A program made the translations under genes and the position numbers. From Eledone cirrhosa (taxonomy: Eukaryota): a stretch of 64,000 bases of DNA. Position 1 is the first letter of the stretch. Every line of letters begins with the position of its first letter. Below the pieces are notes generated by a model. The model did no database searches and had not been told where the DNA came from. It was given only the letters and a program-made list of their open reading frames with translations. Location: positions 85,064,001 to 85,128,000 of the forward strand of contig OZ024740.1 in the NCBI GenBank assembly GCA_964016885.1, given 5' to 3'. Of the stretch, positions 34,312 to 48,559 are shown piece by piece.

Positions 34312-34932
34312 TTCACAGTGTAGACTGGGTGCTTTTTATCATAGCACCAAAGCAATCACTTTACAGTGTGGGCTGGGCGCTTTTTGTTGTGACACCTACA
34401 TGACCACTTTACAGTGTGGGCTGGGCGCTTTTTGTTGTGACACCTACATGACCACTTTACAGTGTGGGCTGGGCGCTTTTTGTTGTGACACCTACATGAC
34501 CACTTTACAGTGTGGACTGGGCGCTTTTTGTTGTGACACCTACATGACCACTTTACAGTGTGGGCTGGGCGCTTTTTGTTGTGACACCTACATGACCACT
34601 TTACAGTGTGGGCTGGGCGCTTTTTGTTGTGACACCTACATGACCACTTTACAGTGTGGACTGGGCGCTTTTTGTTGTGACACCTACATGACCACTTTAC
34701 AGTGTGGGCTGGGCGCTTTTTGTTGTGACACCTATATGACCACTTTACAGTGTAGACTGGGTGCTTTTTATCATAGCACCAAAGCAATCACTTTACAGTG
34801 TGGACTGGGCGCTTTTTGTTGTGACACCTACATGACCACTTTACAGTGTGGGCTGGGCGCTTTTTGTTGTGACACCTACATGACCACTTTACAGTGTGGA
34901 CTGGGCGCTTTTTGTTGTGACACCTACACTTT
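34312..34932. repeat. About 13 x 48-bp tandem array derived from an RTE/SINE tail subrepeat
   Basis: accactttacagtgtgggctgggcgctttttgttgtgacacctacatg unit, continuing from an RTE-tail copy at 34155-34311. Confidence 0.95.
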
Positions 34933-35257
34933 AAAAGTAGGTATCCTATATTGGTTCTCAGATGTGATAGGAAATCAATAATAAATAAGATTGTTCATTT
35001 AGTCACATCTGGAAATTATCCAAAGTTTTTCTAAATTTGACTATTTGTAAGTCCTGAGGTGTTGCCATCATCCTTTACTTATTAGCCATATTCCATTGCA
35101 GTGTTACTGTGTAACTTTAACATGTTCTCTCACTTTTCAATGAAAACTCATCTGTTCACAATCCAGTATTCTCTACCTCAATCTTGTTCTTTTATGTAAT
35201 TGTTTTCATTAAAGAGAACTGATGATTGTATCAAATATATTTTTTCTTACTTTTCAG

Positions 35258-35341
35258 AAAAACTTAAGTCCAGGATGGCAAGCAGTGAAAGTGATTCTTC
35301 GAGAAAATCCCACAACTTTAGAATATCATAAAGCTACTGCC
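35258..35341 (+). CDS. PLEK: Pleckstrin-like gene, PH domain exon
   Basis: ttttcag|AAA...GCC|gtgagt; GWQAVKVILRENPTTLEYH resembles the pleckstrin C-terminal PH (FILREDP). Confidence 0.92.
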
Positions 35342-36449
35342 GTGAGTTATCTAGTTGGCCACTTATATCTGGTTTCTTACTTTGTGCCTCCTCACCCCCA
35401 CCCTAGCATCTTTCGTCCCTGGTGGCCCGTCAGCATCTTTCTATAAGACATCTCACATACGGGCCAGACGCCCACGTCTTACATATGTTCCTGCACTCTA
35501 CTGAGTGCATTTTATTGTGAGTCCAACACTAGGTAGCTTGTCATGTCTTTGAGTCAGCTGAAGAATCCTTCTGACACTTTGGCAGGTATTCTACAGCTTG
35601 CTGCCCATCCTATCACCAACCACTTTACAGAGTGTATTAGGTGCATTTACTATGTAGATCACTAATACTAGGGAGATTATCATATCTTCAGCACAGCTGA
35701 TGAATCCTACCAACCCTTTTTAATTCACATAATTTCTCTTGGTTTCACATCTCCTCTGAAAAGCAAAATCTCTGTAGCCTGTTATTTTGAACTGTTAGCA
35801 GAAGGTAGTTTCCTTGCATTACAAATATCTGACACATATTGATTTTCCCGAGCCCTCACTGTCTCTGCATGTCTCAAGTAGTCTGACCACTAACTAATGA
35901 AAGCAACATATCTTACATTTTTTTTTTACTATGCAATAACTCTGGGACTTGAAGTTAGCTAACTGGTTGAAGCATTGCAATTTCTATACCGACTATATTT
36001 GGCAGCAGCTACTGTATATACTCGAATATAAGTTGAGGAACATACCCCCCCCCCCCATCGATGGATGGTAGGGGGGGGGGGGAGGACTTATATTCACGAT
36101 CAATACATTGATGATTTTTGCCCATTTCTCAGACATAAACTAGTGAGGTTGGCTTATATTTGAATATGTTTCACTGCTGACACATCTGAGATACCTGAGC
36201 AGATAACTAAAACCATTCTGTTAGCTGTGTCTATTTTCTCACATGACCAAAGCTCACAACCTCACAATCGAAAGTGGTTTAGCTGTACAGTGGCAGTTGT
36301 AGCTCTACGTCCCTCCCTCATCTCTTTACTGTTTATGCTGTGTGGTTGACAGAATAAGTCATGTAGTTTGTGCTATGATTCTCTTTCTATAAAATAGTCA
36401 CTAGTTATCCTATAGCTGATTCTGCAGTTTCCATGGCTGACCAGTCTTT

Positions 36450-36870
36450 TTATATCATCATCATCATCATCATTTTACGTCCGCTTTTCCCTGCTTGCAA
36501 GGGTTGGACGGGTCCTATACAGCACAGCATCTCTCCACTTGTCACGGTCCTTCGTCATCTCCTCGGTGAGTTTCAGCGATCTGAGGTCTGCTCTCACCAC
36601 CTCTGCCCATGTTTTTCGTGGTCTACCCCTGCTGCGTCTTCCTTCTACTGGGATGCCTGACTAAGAAGAGGGCATCTGTTGTACTTTTCTGAGGCACAAA
36701 ACCAAACTGCATCTGATCTAATTTGACCCTTGCTCTAATCAGTTGCGCTAATATTCTCTCTGCCACTTTCATAACCTGATCCATCAGCTTTATGACCCTA
36801 TAATTGCTCCTCTTTAGAGCATCCCCTTTACCTTTGTAGCAATTTATGAGAATACTGCTGCACCAGTATT
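36450..36870 (-). mobile_element. Internally deleted RTE fragment
   Basis: NCYKGKGDALKRSNYRVIKLMDQVMKV...QFGFVP joined to the C-terminus and (CAT)n tail. Confidence 0.8.
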
Positions 36871-37141
36871 TATTATTCATAGTAGCTAGAACTTACTGAT
36901 GTTGTCAATCACATACTTTTTACACTTTTTTAGACCATCAATCCCTTCACAAAGTCCTTGACCTCCATCGACCTCAGATATGTACAAAAATAAATAAGGA
37001 AATAGATAAATCAGTAAACAAAATATAAAATGAATAGACAATAAGGACTAATCTATATATAATACTCATACACGTATCAGCATGTTGAAAAAAATTCTAG
37101 TTATATATAAATCAGAAACCTGTGTAAGTGTATTTAGTATA

Positions 37142-37218
37142 CAGGGTGCGACAGAAAAACCTCCCATATTTTATACAGTAACCATGTAAAATATGGAAGG
37201 TTTTTCTGCCACACTCTG
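37142..37218. mobile_element. 77-bp Tc1/mariner-type mini-MITE
   Basis: ta|cagggtgcgacagaaaaacctcccatatttta ... taaaatatggaaggtttttctgccacactctg|ta. Confidence 0.75.
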
Positions 37219-37423
37219 TATTATTTTAATTTTTTTTTTTTTCATTTGTTAAACAAGTGTAATTGAACCTTTGAACAGTCCCATTGAATGTTGGGTGGGA
37301 GTGAAGGGGGAGGGAAGTATTGACCACTTTGAAAACCCCTGATTTACACCCTTATGATTATATTTACTCACATCTTTGCTAACTGTGTTATTTACTCTCC
37401 CTTTCTACTTTGTGTCCTTGTAG

Positions 37424-37496
37424 ACACTAGATTCAGAGAAGCTGTCTACCATAATGGATCTGACAGGTTGTACTGTGAAAGAAATTGTCAGGAAAG
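37424..37496 (+). CDS. PLEK: Pleckstrin-like gene, PH domain exon
   Basis: ttgtag|ACA...AAA G|gtaagt; TLDSEKLSTIMDLTGCTVKEIVRK; phase 0/1; too short for the ORF track. Confidence 0.9.
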
Positions 37497-37954
37497 GTAA
37501 GTTTATGTTGTTCTGAAGTGGTGACATTTCTTTACTTAACAACTAAACATATTTTACTTAGTGCTGTGAGTCATGGTAATAATATGACTAAGGATTGTAG
37601 TGTTGTTGTTTAGCCCCATGTTATCTCTGATGCAGCTGACTGTTCTATTTTTAAAGATAATCCAGCCATGACAACCCTATCTTTTATTGGAACACAGTAT
37701 ATCTAAGCTGATATACAATGTGTCCTTTTATTTTAGACTGTTGGGTGTGGTTTGAGGGGGAGATTTGGTTGTTGTTTTCAGAAGGTCAACTATTAGTTGA
37801 CTGTTAAACAGCAGGTGACAGTATATATATGGTTCTAAAGCTGTATGAAACCCAACTAGATGAACATTTCAAATCTTGTTCTCATTTGTGGTTATAACAA
37901 AACTATTTTAGAAGAAGACTAGATATATTTTTCTTATATACATTATATATATCA

Positions 37955-38420
37955 CTTTGATAGGTTTCAGCCAGTATTGGCCCAGATCATGTTTAAATTA
38001 ATAGCGCCACCTGGCGAAGTCTTTCAACTCATGATTCACACCTCAGTCATGTTTTGGACATCATAGCTCACTCAAGTAGAGAGTTATTATTTTTGGAGAC
38101 ATAGCCAGGAAGTACATGATCTGTTCGTTCATTCATTTGGACAACCACTACCAGGCCGCTATCCCTCAAACTTCTTGATCCGTTCTTTAATTTTATCCGC
38201 CTTTGTCCGATCCCATTCGATATTTCTCTTTTCTTCACCGTCTCATCGTCATCGTCGTTGCCTCACAACACCTACCAGTTATACGAGTTTTAAACGTTTA
38301 TCTGGAATTTCTTGGAGGAATTTGTGGAGGGACATTTTGAATTTTATGGGATCTGTTTCTGTTTTCAACATCATCTCTAAGTGTATCTGCATTCAACCTG
38401 CTTAAGTGGCAACTACATGT
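37955..38420 (-). mobile_element. Old 3' fragment of the CR1-like family seen at 9253-10535
   Basis: ccagtattggcccag...aatagcgccacctggcgaagtctt is the reverse complement of 10450-10510. Confidence 0.75.
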
Positions 38421-38711
38421 GCATTTACAGTTGGTGTTGAATGCATGGCCAATGGTAGAACTGAGTATGTTTAGCAAGACAGTGTCTTATGATGATGAGC
38501 ATGTTGTCTTTACGGTGCTTGTTATTAAATAATGGTAATTGGCACTATTTCTTTTTGACCCTGAAACAGCTGTATAGACTTTAGGAATTGGTTTTTACCA
38601 TCTTCATATAAGTTATGTATATATATATATATCAAAGTTATATATTGAGTTAGAAACTCAAAATAGGCTCTTACAATAAAATAGCTCTAGGAAAGGGATT
38701 TTTCCGAGCCG

Positions 38712-39067
38712 TATATTATAACTGAATATAAAAGAAAAACGAACACAGATATATACATATATGTGTTCAAATCACAAGGGACCAGATTCGCTAAGGTGAA
38801 AAGAATATTAACTATAGACAATAGGGTTTGCCAGACTCAATTTAAGAATAAATCAAGAAAGTAAATACAAACTGGAATTGTGGTAACTACCAATCACCCG
38901 GACAGCTTTGATAATGCTGTTTCGCAAAATTAATTGTGAAGAGGAATACCAATTCTTGCTCATCAGCGGGTGAAGAATTATTAGTATTACTATCTGGTCC
39001 CTTGCGATTTGAACACATATATGTATATGTCTGTGTTCGTTTTTCTTTTATATTCAGTTATAATATA
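38712..39067 (-). mobile_element. TA-flanked PLE-type insert with 76-bp inverted arms
   Basis: 38712-38787 is the reverse complement of 38992-39067 (about 2 mismatches); hammerhead between the arms. Confidence 0.75.
38894..38973 (-). ncRNA. Type I hammerhead ribozyme, canonical core
   Basis: tcacccg-CTGATGA-gcaagaatt...aattttgc-GAAA-cagc attatcaaa gctg-TC-cgggtga: all three stems and a GUC cleavage triplet. Confidence 0.9.
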
Positions 39068-39197
39068 TATATATATATATATATATACGTAGGTCCCGGG
39101 TTGAGTCGGGGATAACCACAGTAAGTAAGGTACTCAATACATGGCAGAGTAAAATTTTTTATTTTATAGAAGGAGCTTCTACAGGACTAGTACTGTT

Positions 39198-39555
39198 TCA
39201 TTCATATATATATATATATACATATATACATACATGTATATATACACTAGTACTGTTTCATTCATATATATATATACATATATACATGTATATATACATA
39301 TATACATACATGTATATATACATATATACATACATGTATATAAACATACATACATACATACATATATATATATACATATATACATACATACATATATACA
39401 TACATGTATATATACATATATACATACATGTATATATACATATATACATACATACATGTATATATACATATATACATACATGTATGTATACATATATACA
39501 TACATACATATATATATACATATATACATACATACATGTATATATATATATATAT

Positions 39556-39599
<44 letters not shown>

Positions 39600-39637
39600 A
39601 TATATATATATATTATATATATATACATACATACATG

Positions 39638-39702
<65 letters not shown>

Positions 39703-39704
39703 AT
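39198..39704. repeat. (TA)/(CATA) microsatellite
   Basis: Direct inspection. Confidence 0.95.
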
Positions 39705-40040
39705 CATCATCATTTCATTTTACGTCTGCTTTTCCCTGCTTGCAAGGGTGGGACGGGACCTGATTCTGGCTTGATTTCTACAGCTGGATGCCCTTCCTAA
39801 CACCAACCTCATTTACAGTGAGTGCTGGGTGCTTTTTTTCCGTGGCACCCCCACGACCACTCTACAGTGGAATGATATGGACCCCAGTCCCTATCATCTC
39901 ATTTCTACAGCTGAGTAAACTAGAGCAATATGAAATAAAGTGTCTTGCTCAAGGGAACAACACATCACTCGGTCTGAGAATTGAACTCACAACCTTTCGA
40001 TTGCATGGCCAATGCTCTAACCACTAAGCCATGTGCCTCT
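39703..40040 (-). mobile_element. tRNA-derived SINE with RTE tail
   Basis: Reverse complement of the 48560-48880 and 27557-27980 family. Confidence 0.85.
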
Positions 40041-40072
40041 ATGTATGTATGTATATGTATGTATATATATAT

Positions 40073-42487
<2,415 letters not shown>

Positions 42488-43302
42488 TATACATATATAT
42501 AAATTCCTTAATTCCATCGTATTCCCAAACAAAAAAAACAAAATCCTTCCCATTCTTAATTCTATCGTATCCTCCAATTCCCTAATTCTATCGTATTCTC
42601 AAACAAAAAAAACAAAAAAAACAACAAAATCCTTTCCATTCTACTTCTTATAATTTACTTTAAATATATATATCATGCTACCTCGAAAGTCAAAAATCCC
42701 GCTCATACACCCTTCACCCACCATTTTCTTCACGAGGGGTTGCGGTCAGCCACTCTCTCTCTCTCTCTCTCTCCCCCTTCCCACTCTCTCTCTCTCTCTC
42801 TTAGCTACACACACACACACATATATATATAAGATAAATTCCCGTTCATGTTTATTCACTTTCGCCAAACAATTGCTGCTTCAACTACCCCTACTACGGT
42901 GTAACCATGTAATCGTAACGTTCACGTTTTTCCTATCTCCTCCACACACCACAATTTCGTACATAGACCAAACATCCAATCCCGCAAAATCCGAAATCTG
43001 TATTTTTTTGTTATTTATTAAGGTTTAAATACGGTGTTTTTGTCGTATTGAACAGAACAAATCTTGCAGTTTTGCTTTTTGTTACTCGCTGGTAAACATT
43101 CATAACCTTCCAGCTAGCTACCCCACATCCCGCCCACCCGCCCCCACACGCCACCATTCTTAATACGTGGACCAATCATAAGCCAGAGACCCCCCCCACA
43201 CGCATCACCATTATTACTATAAGCCAGAGACACCCCCCCCACACGCATCACCATTATTATTATTACGCGGACCAATCATAAGCCAGAGGCCTATACTATC
43301 GC

Positions 43303-46300
43303 TTGCACGGTTGCCTTCGATATATGATGGATGGATGGATGGATGGATGGACGGACTGCGGAATCTTGGAGAGTGGAAGGGAGAGAAAAATCTGGACGCT
43401 CAGAGCGAAAATGCCAATGCTAAAGTCAAATTCACCTCGTGGACGAGAATGCGAGCACTCTTCTTTGTTTCGCCCGCGGATGGCTAACATAACCCCATCT
43501 CCCCCCGCCCCACACCACCCCCACCCTCCAAACGCGATCCAAAACTTCAGAGTTGGTACCATAAATGTAGGCACCCTAAAGGGGCGCGCTAACGAGGTTG
43601 TAGAAATGCTTGAACGTAAGGAGGTCGATGTTTGTTGTATTCAAGAGACCAGGTGGAGGGGTGGGTCTGCTAGATTCATTGAGGGTAAAAAACGATGTTA
43701 TAAGCTTTTCTGGGTGGGAAACGACGATGGGCTGGGTGGAGTAGGAATCATGGTAGCAGAAAAGTGGGCGGATAAGATAATAGACGTAAATAGAGTGAAC
43801 GACAGAATAATTAAAATACGACTTGTCCTCAATAGAACTACGGTGACAGTAATATCTGCGTATGCACCCCAATCCGGACTGCCCGGCACTATAAAAGACA
43901 GATTCTATGAGACACTGATGCTCACTACCTCCCAAATATCTGACAGTGACTATATAATTATTGCAGGCGACCTAAATGGTCACGTTGGGCAACATTGTGA
44001 CGGCTACGACGAAATCCATGGAGGCTATGGGTTTGGTACTAGAAATGAGGAAGGCTCCAGAATCCTGGAATTCTGTGATGCAAATAACCTAACTATCTGT
44101 AACACTAACTTCAAAAAACGTGACAATCACCTGATCACCTATAGATCCGGGGAACACACAAGCCAGGTAGATTATATCCTTACCAGAAGACATGACAGAG
44201 TGTCTGTTGTAAACACTAAATCCCTCCCCCATGAAGAATGCACCTCCCAACATAGACTGATAATTAGCGACCTCATAGTCAGGTCGAGACGTACTCGACA
44301 GCAGAAGAGGACTATCCTCAGGAGAAAAATATGGAAGCTAAAGGACCCCACAGCCAAAAATAAATTTCAAAACATATTACTTGATGCTTTCGACAGCAAG
44401 GAAGAACACTTAGAGTCGGACAATATAGAGGGACAGTGGGAATTTCTGAAAGCAAACCTGCTGTTGGCCACAGACGAAGTCTGTGGCTGGAGCAGGCCTG
44501 TAGGCAGGAGGAGAGTAACATGGTCGTGGAACAGTAAGGTGGAGGAGTCAATTAAGGCCAAAAAGCAGGCTTGGAAAGTATGGCGGGATGGGGGAAGTAG
44601 AGTAGACTATCAAGTGGCCAGGAGGGAAGCTAGGAGAGAAGTGTACTTAGCAAGAAGGGAAGCTGAGGAAAGAAAGTTCAAGCATGTCCTACAACGCGAT
44701 GACCAAAAACGTGAGGTGTTCAGGATTGCTAGGCAATGCGTCAAGGAAAACCGTGATATTGTCGGGGAGAAGTGTGTACTTAACGATGATGGCATACTTG
44801 CCATCACCGACACTGATAAGAAGGCAGCTTGGAAGTGTCACTATGAAAGGCTACTAAATGAGGAGAATAAATGGGAGAAAGACAGTCTCCCCCATGTCGA
44901 CCCAATAGAGGGACCAGCAGTGTTAGTCGAGGGGAGTATAATAAGTAAGGCAATCAAGGACATGAAGACAGGTAAGGCGGCTGGGCCTTCGGAAATAGTT
45001 GCTGAGATGCTGAAGGCATCTGGCACGGTGGGACACACCATGGTCACCCGCATAGTTAACCAAGTCGTACAGAATGGGGTTGTTCCGAAGGACTGGCATA
45101 GCAGCATCATCGTTAACTGTTATAAGGGTAAAGGAGACGCCCTAGATAGGAGTAACTATAGAGGCATTAAATTAATCGACCAGGTCATGAAGGTCACAGA
45201 AAAAGTAATAGCGCAACTAATCAGAGAGAGAATTGACCTAGATGAAATGCAGTTCGGGTTTGTGTCAGGCAAAAGTACCACAGACGCTCTTTTCATAGTA
45301 CGACAACTACAGGAGAAGTACCTAGCTAAAGGTAAACCCCTCTACTTAGCTTTTGTCGACTTGGAGAAAGCCTTCGACAGAGTCCCCCGCTCCATTATCT
45401 GGTGGGCTCTTAGAAAACTAGGCGTTGACGAATGGCTTGTGAGGGCTATACAAGCCATGTATAAAGAAACAGTCAGCAAGGTTAGAATTAACAACGAATA
45501 TAGTGAAGAGTTTAGCGTAAAAGTTGGCGTCCATCAGGGCTCTGTTCTCAGCCCCCTACTATTTATTATTGCCCTTCAGGCTATAACAGAGGAGTTCAAG
45601 ACAGGCTGCCCATGGGAACTCCTATACGCAGACGACCTGACACTCATAGCGGAATCAATGGCCGAGCTAGAGAAGAAATTCCAAACATGGAAGCACGGCC
45701 TAGAGTCAAAAGGACTTAAAATTAACCTGGCTAAGACCAAAGTTCTAGTTTGTAGGAAAGAAAACAAGGCGGCGGTCCCTTCTGGGAAATGGTCGTGCTC
45801 GGTGTGTAGGAAAGGCGTAGGTAGAAACTCCATTTTGTGTCCTAAATGCAAAGTATGGGTGCATAAAAGATGTAGTGGGATCACAGGTAAGCTAACTAAG
45901 AACAGAGATTTTACATGTGGCCGGTGTTCTGGTGCAATAAGTAGCAGCAAGTGCCCACAAAATACTAGCTCTTTCAATTGCGCAGAGGGTTCTATAGAAA
46001 TAGTGGACAGCTTCCGTTACCTGGGCGATAAAATCAGCAGTGGGGGAGGGTGCTCTGAAAGTACTGTAGCTAGAGTCAGAACTGGTTGGAAAAAGTTCAG
46101 AGAGCTTATACCACTATTAGCTGCTAAAGGGTTCTCCCTAAAAATGAAAGGCAGGTTGTACGATGCCTGCATACGAACAGCAATGTTGCATGGCAGTGAG
46201 ACCTGGGCATTGTGTGCAGAGGATATACGCAGACTAGAGAGGAACGAAGCTTGCATGCTCCGCTGGATGTGTAACAGTAATATACGTGAACGGCAAAGCA

Positions 46301-46593
46301 TAAACGAACTAAGGAAAAAATTAGAGATAAGAGGGATCAGATGTTGTTTACTCGAGAGAAGGCTACGTTGGTATGGACACGTGATGCGCATGAAAGTCGA
46401 TAGCTGTATAACAAAGTGCAGGGCAATAAAGATAGACGGTAGCCACGGAATAGGCAGACCTAGAAAAACCTGGGACGAGCTGATAAACTCCGACCTCACA
46501 CACTTACACCTCTCCAAGACAATGTCACTGGACCGAGACCTTTGGCGGTACTCAGTAACAGAGAAGACCCGCCTTGCCAGTAGGCATCTCTAA
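43303..46593 (+). CDS. RTE-clade LINE ORF: APE endonuclease + RT with internal PHD-like finger (true start uncertain)
   Basis: GTINVGTL, IQETRW, GDLNGHVG, SQHRL; FVDLEKAFDRV, GVHQGSVLSP, YADD; CSVC..CPKC..HKRC..CGRC after YADD; no stops; 3' UTR to a (GAT)n tail at about 46950. Confidence 0.95.
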   Translation: MHGCLRYMMDGWMDGWTDCGILESGRERKIWTLRAKMPMLKSNSPRGRECEHSSLFRPRMANITPSPPAPHHPHPPNAIQNFRVGTINVGTLKGRANEVVEMLERKEVDVCCIQETRWRGGSARFIEGKKRCYKLFWVGNDDGLGGVGIMVAEKWADKIIDVNRVNDRIIKIRLVLNRTTVTVISAYAPQSGLPGTIKDRFYETLMLTTSQISDSDYIIIAGDLNGHVGQHCDGYDEIHGGYGFGTRNEEGSRILEFCDANNLTICNTNFKKRDNHLITYRSGEHTSQVDYILTRRHDRVSVVNTKSLPHEECTSQHRLIISDLIVRSRRTRQQKRTILRRKIWKLKDPTAKNKFQNILLDAFDSKEEHLESDNIEGQWEFLKANLLLATDEVCGWSRPVGRRRVTWSWNSKVEESIKAKKQAWKVWRDGGSRVDYQVARREARREVYLARREAEERKFKHVLQRDDQKREVFRIARQCVKENRDIVGEKCVLNDDGILAITDTDKKAAWKCHYERLLNEENKWEKDSLPHVDPIEGPAVLVEGSIISKAIKDMKTGKAAGPSEIVAEMLKASGTVGHTMVTRIVNQVVQNGVVPKDWHSSIIVNCYKGKGDALDRSNYRGIKLIDQVMKVTEKVIAQLIRERIDLDEMQFGFVSGKSTTDALFIVRQLQEKYLAKGKPLYLAFVDLEKAFDRVPRSIIWWALRKLGVDEWLVRAIQAMYKETVSKVRINNEYSEEFSVKVGVHQGSVLSPLLFIIALQAITEEFKTGCPWELLYADDLTLIAESMAELEKKFQTWKHGLESKGLKINLAKTKVLVCRKENKAAVPSGKWSCSVCRKGVGRNSILCPKCKVWVHKRCSGITGKLTKNRDFTCGRCSGAISSSKCPQNTSSFNCAEGSIEIVDSFRYLGDKISSGGGCSESTVARVRTGWKKFRELIPLLAAKGFSLKMKGRLYDACIRTAMLHGSETWALCAEDIRRLERNEACMLRWMCNSNIRERQSINELRKKLEIRGIRCCLLERRLRWYGHVMRMKVDSCITKCRAIKIDGSHGIGRPRKTWDELINSDLTHLHLSKTMSLDRDLWRYSVTEKTRLASRHL

Positions 46594-46950
46594 CAAAATA
46601 CACCCCGTCCCACCACCACCACCCCCACCCCATCCACACCACCCCGTCCTATGTAAAGTTATGTTGGTGCCGCGCCATCCGGGCCGAAAGAAATGAGATC
46701 GTGTAGGTGTCACGACAAAAAAACACACAGTCCACGCTGTAATGTGGCCGTGTAGGCAACACGGTAAAAACCTCCCAGACCCACACTGTAAATGTGGTTG
46801 GTGTTAGGAAGGGCATCCAACTGTAGAAAACCTGCCAGACAGTCCTATGCGAGCAAGACAATCACTCTTGCCTCAAGTGGGACTACCCCCGTCCAAACCC
46901 ATGCAAGCGTGGAACACGGACGTTAAACGTTGATGATGATGATGATGATG

Positions 46951-46970
46951 ATACATACATACATGTATGT

Positions 46971-47004
<34 letters not shown>

Positions 47005-47119
47005 ATATATATATATATATATACATGTATGTATATATATATATATATACATGTATGTATATATATATATATATATACATACATGTATGTATGTATATAT
47101 ATATAATATATATATATAT

Positions 47120-47191
<72 letters not shown>

Positions 47192-47558
47192 ATACATGTA
47201 TGTATGTATATATGTATATATATATGTATGTATATATATATGTATGTATATATGTATATATATATGTATGTATATATGTATATATATATGTATGTATATA
47301 TGTATATATACATGTATGTATATATGTATATATACATGTATGTATGTATATATGTATATATACATGTATGTATGTATATATGTATATATACATGTATGTA
47401 TGTATATATGTATATATACATGTATGTATATATGTATATATACATGTATGTATATATACATGTATGTATATATGTATGTATGTATATATATATATGTATG
47501 TATATATGTATATATACATGTATGTATATATGTATATATATATGTATGTGTATATGTA

Positions 47559-47589
<31 letters not shown>

Positions 47590-47882
47590 GTATGTATATG
47601 TGTATATATATATATGTATGTATGTATATATATATATATGTATGTATATGTGTATATATATGTATGTATGTATGTATATATATATATATATGTATGTATG
47701 TATATATATATATATGTATGTATATGTGTATATATATATATATGTATGTATATGTGTATATATATATATGTATGTATGTATATATATATATATGTATGTA
47801 TATGTGTATATATATATATATGTATGTATATGTGTATATATATATATGTATGTATATGTGTATATATATATATGTATGTATG

Positions 47883-47913
<31 letters not shown>

Positions 47914-48040
47914 ATGTGTATATATATATATATATATGTATGTATGTGTATGTATATGTATATATATATGTATGTATATATATATATATATGTATATGTA
48001 TGTATGTATGTATATATATATGTATGTATATGTATGTATG

Positions 48041-48079
<39 letters not shown>

Positions 48080-48112
48080 ATGTATGTGTATGTATATGTA
48101 TATATATATATG

Positions 48113-48151
<39 letters not shown>

Positions 48152-48175
48152 ATATATATGTATGTATATGTATGT
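46951..48175. repeat. (TA)/(TATG) microsatellite
   Basis: Direct inspection. Confidence 0.97.
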
Positions 48176-48520
48176 TGACTTAGCAGTCAACGACCATCCA
48201 ATGAGTAGTTTAAAAAATTTTTTTTTTCCACCTGAGAGTGAAAGGCCCTCTAGGAGAGGGAAACTCTGAAAAAAAACTGCGGCTTCGTAAGCATCCAATG
48301 TTGTTGACTAGTACTCCTTTTCGGGTAGTGTTTTTGATGCTCAGAGAGTGGGATTGGTCAAGTGGAAAGCTTTTCCCCACTTAAAAATCTTCAAAGCACA
48401 GGCATTGCTTGTTCAGGATATGTCACAGATTTATGTGGCTGGCCGTAGCCTAAAAGTACACCAAACTCTATAATCTGACAAGTAATTGCAATACTCTTAG
48501 CAGAGTTTGCAGTCATCATG
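48175..48520 (+). mobile_element. Isolated RTE 5'-UTR-like segment
   Basis: ctaggagagggaaactc, ctgcggct, cttttcgggt, gctcagagagtgggattggt, gcacaggcattgc occur in the same order as in 23367-23546. Confidence 0.75.
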
Positions 48521-48559
48521 TATATGTGTATATATATATGTATATATGTGTATAGATAT

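Noticed and set aside
34312-34932. CRISPR-like or metallothionein-like reading of the 48-bp array
   Set aside because: No unique spacers, eukaryotic context, and the unit derives from a retroelement tail.
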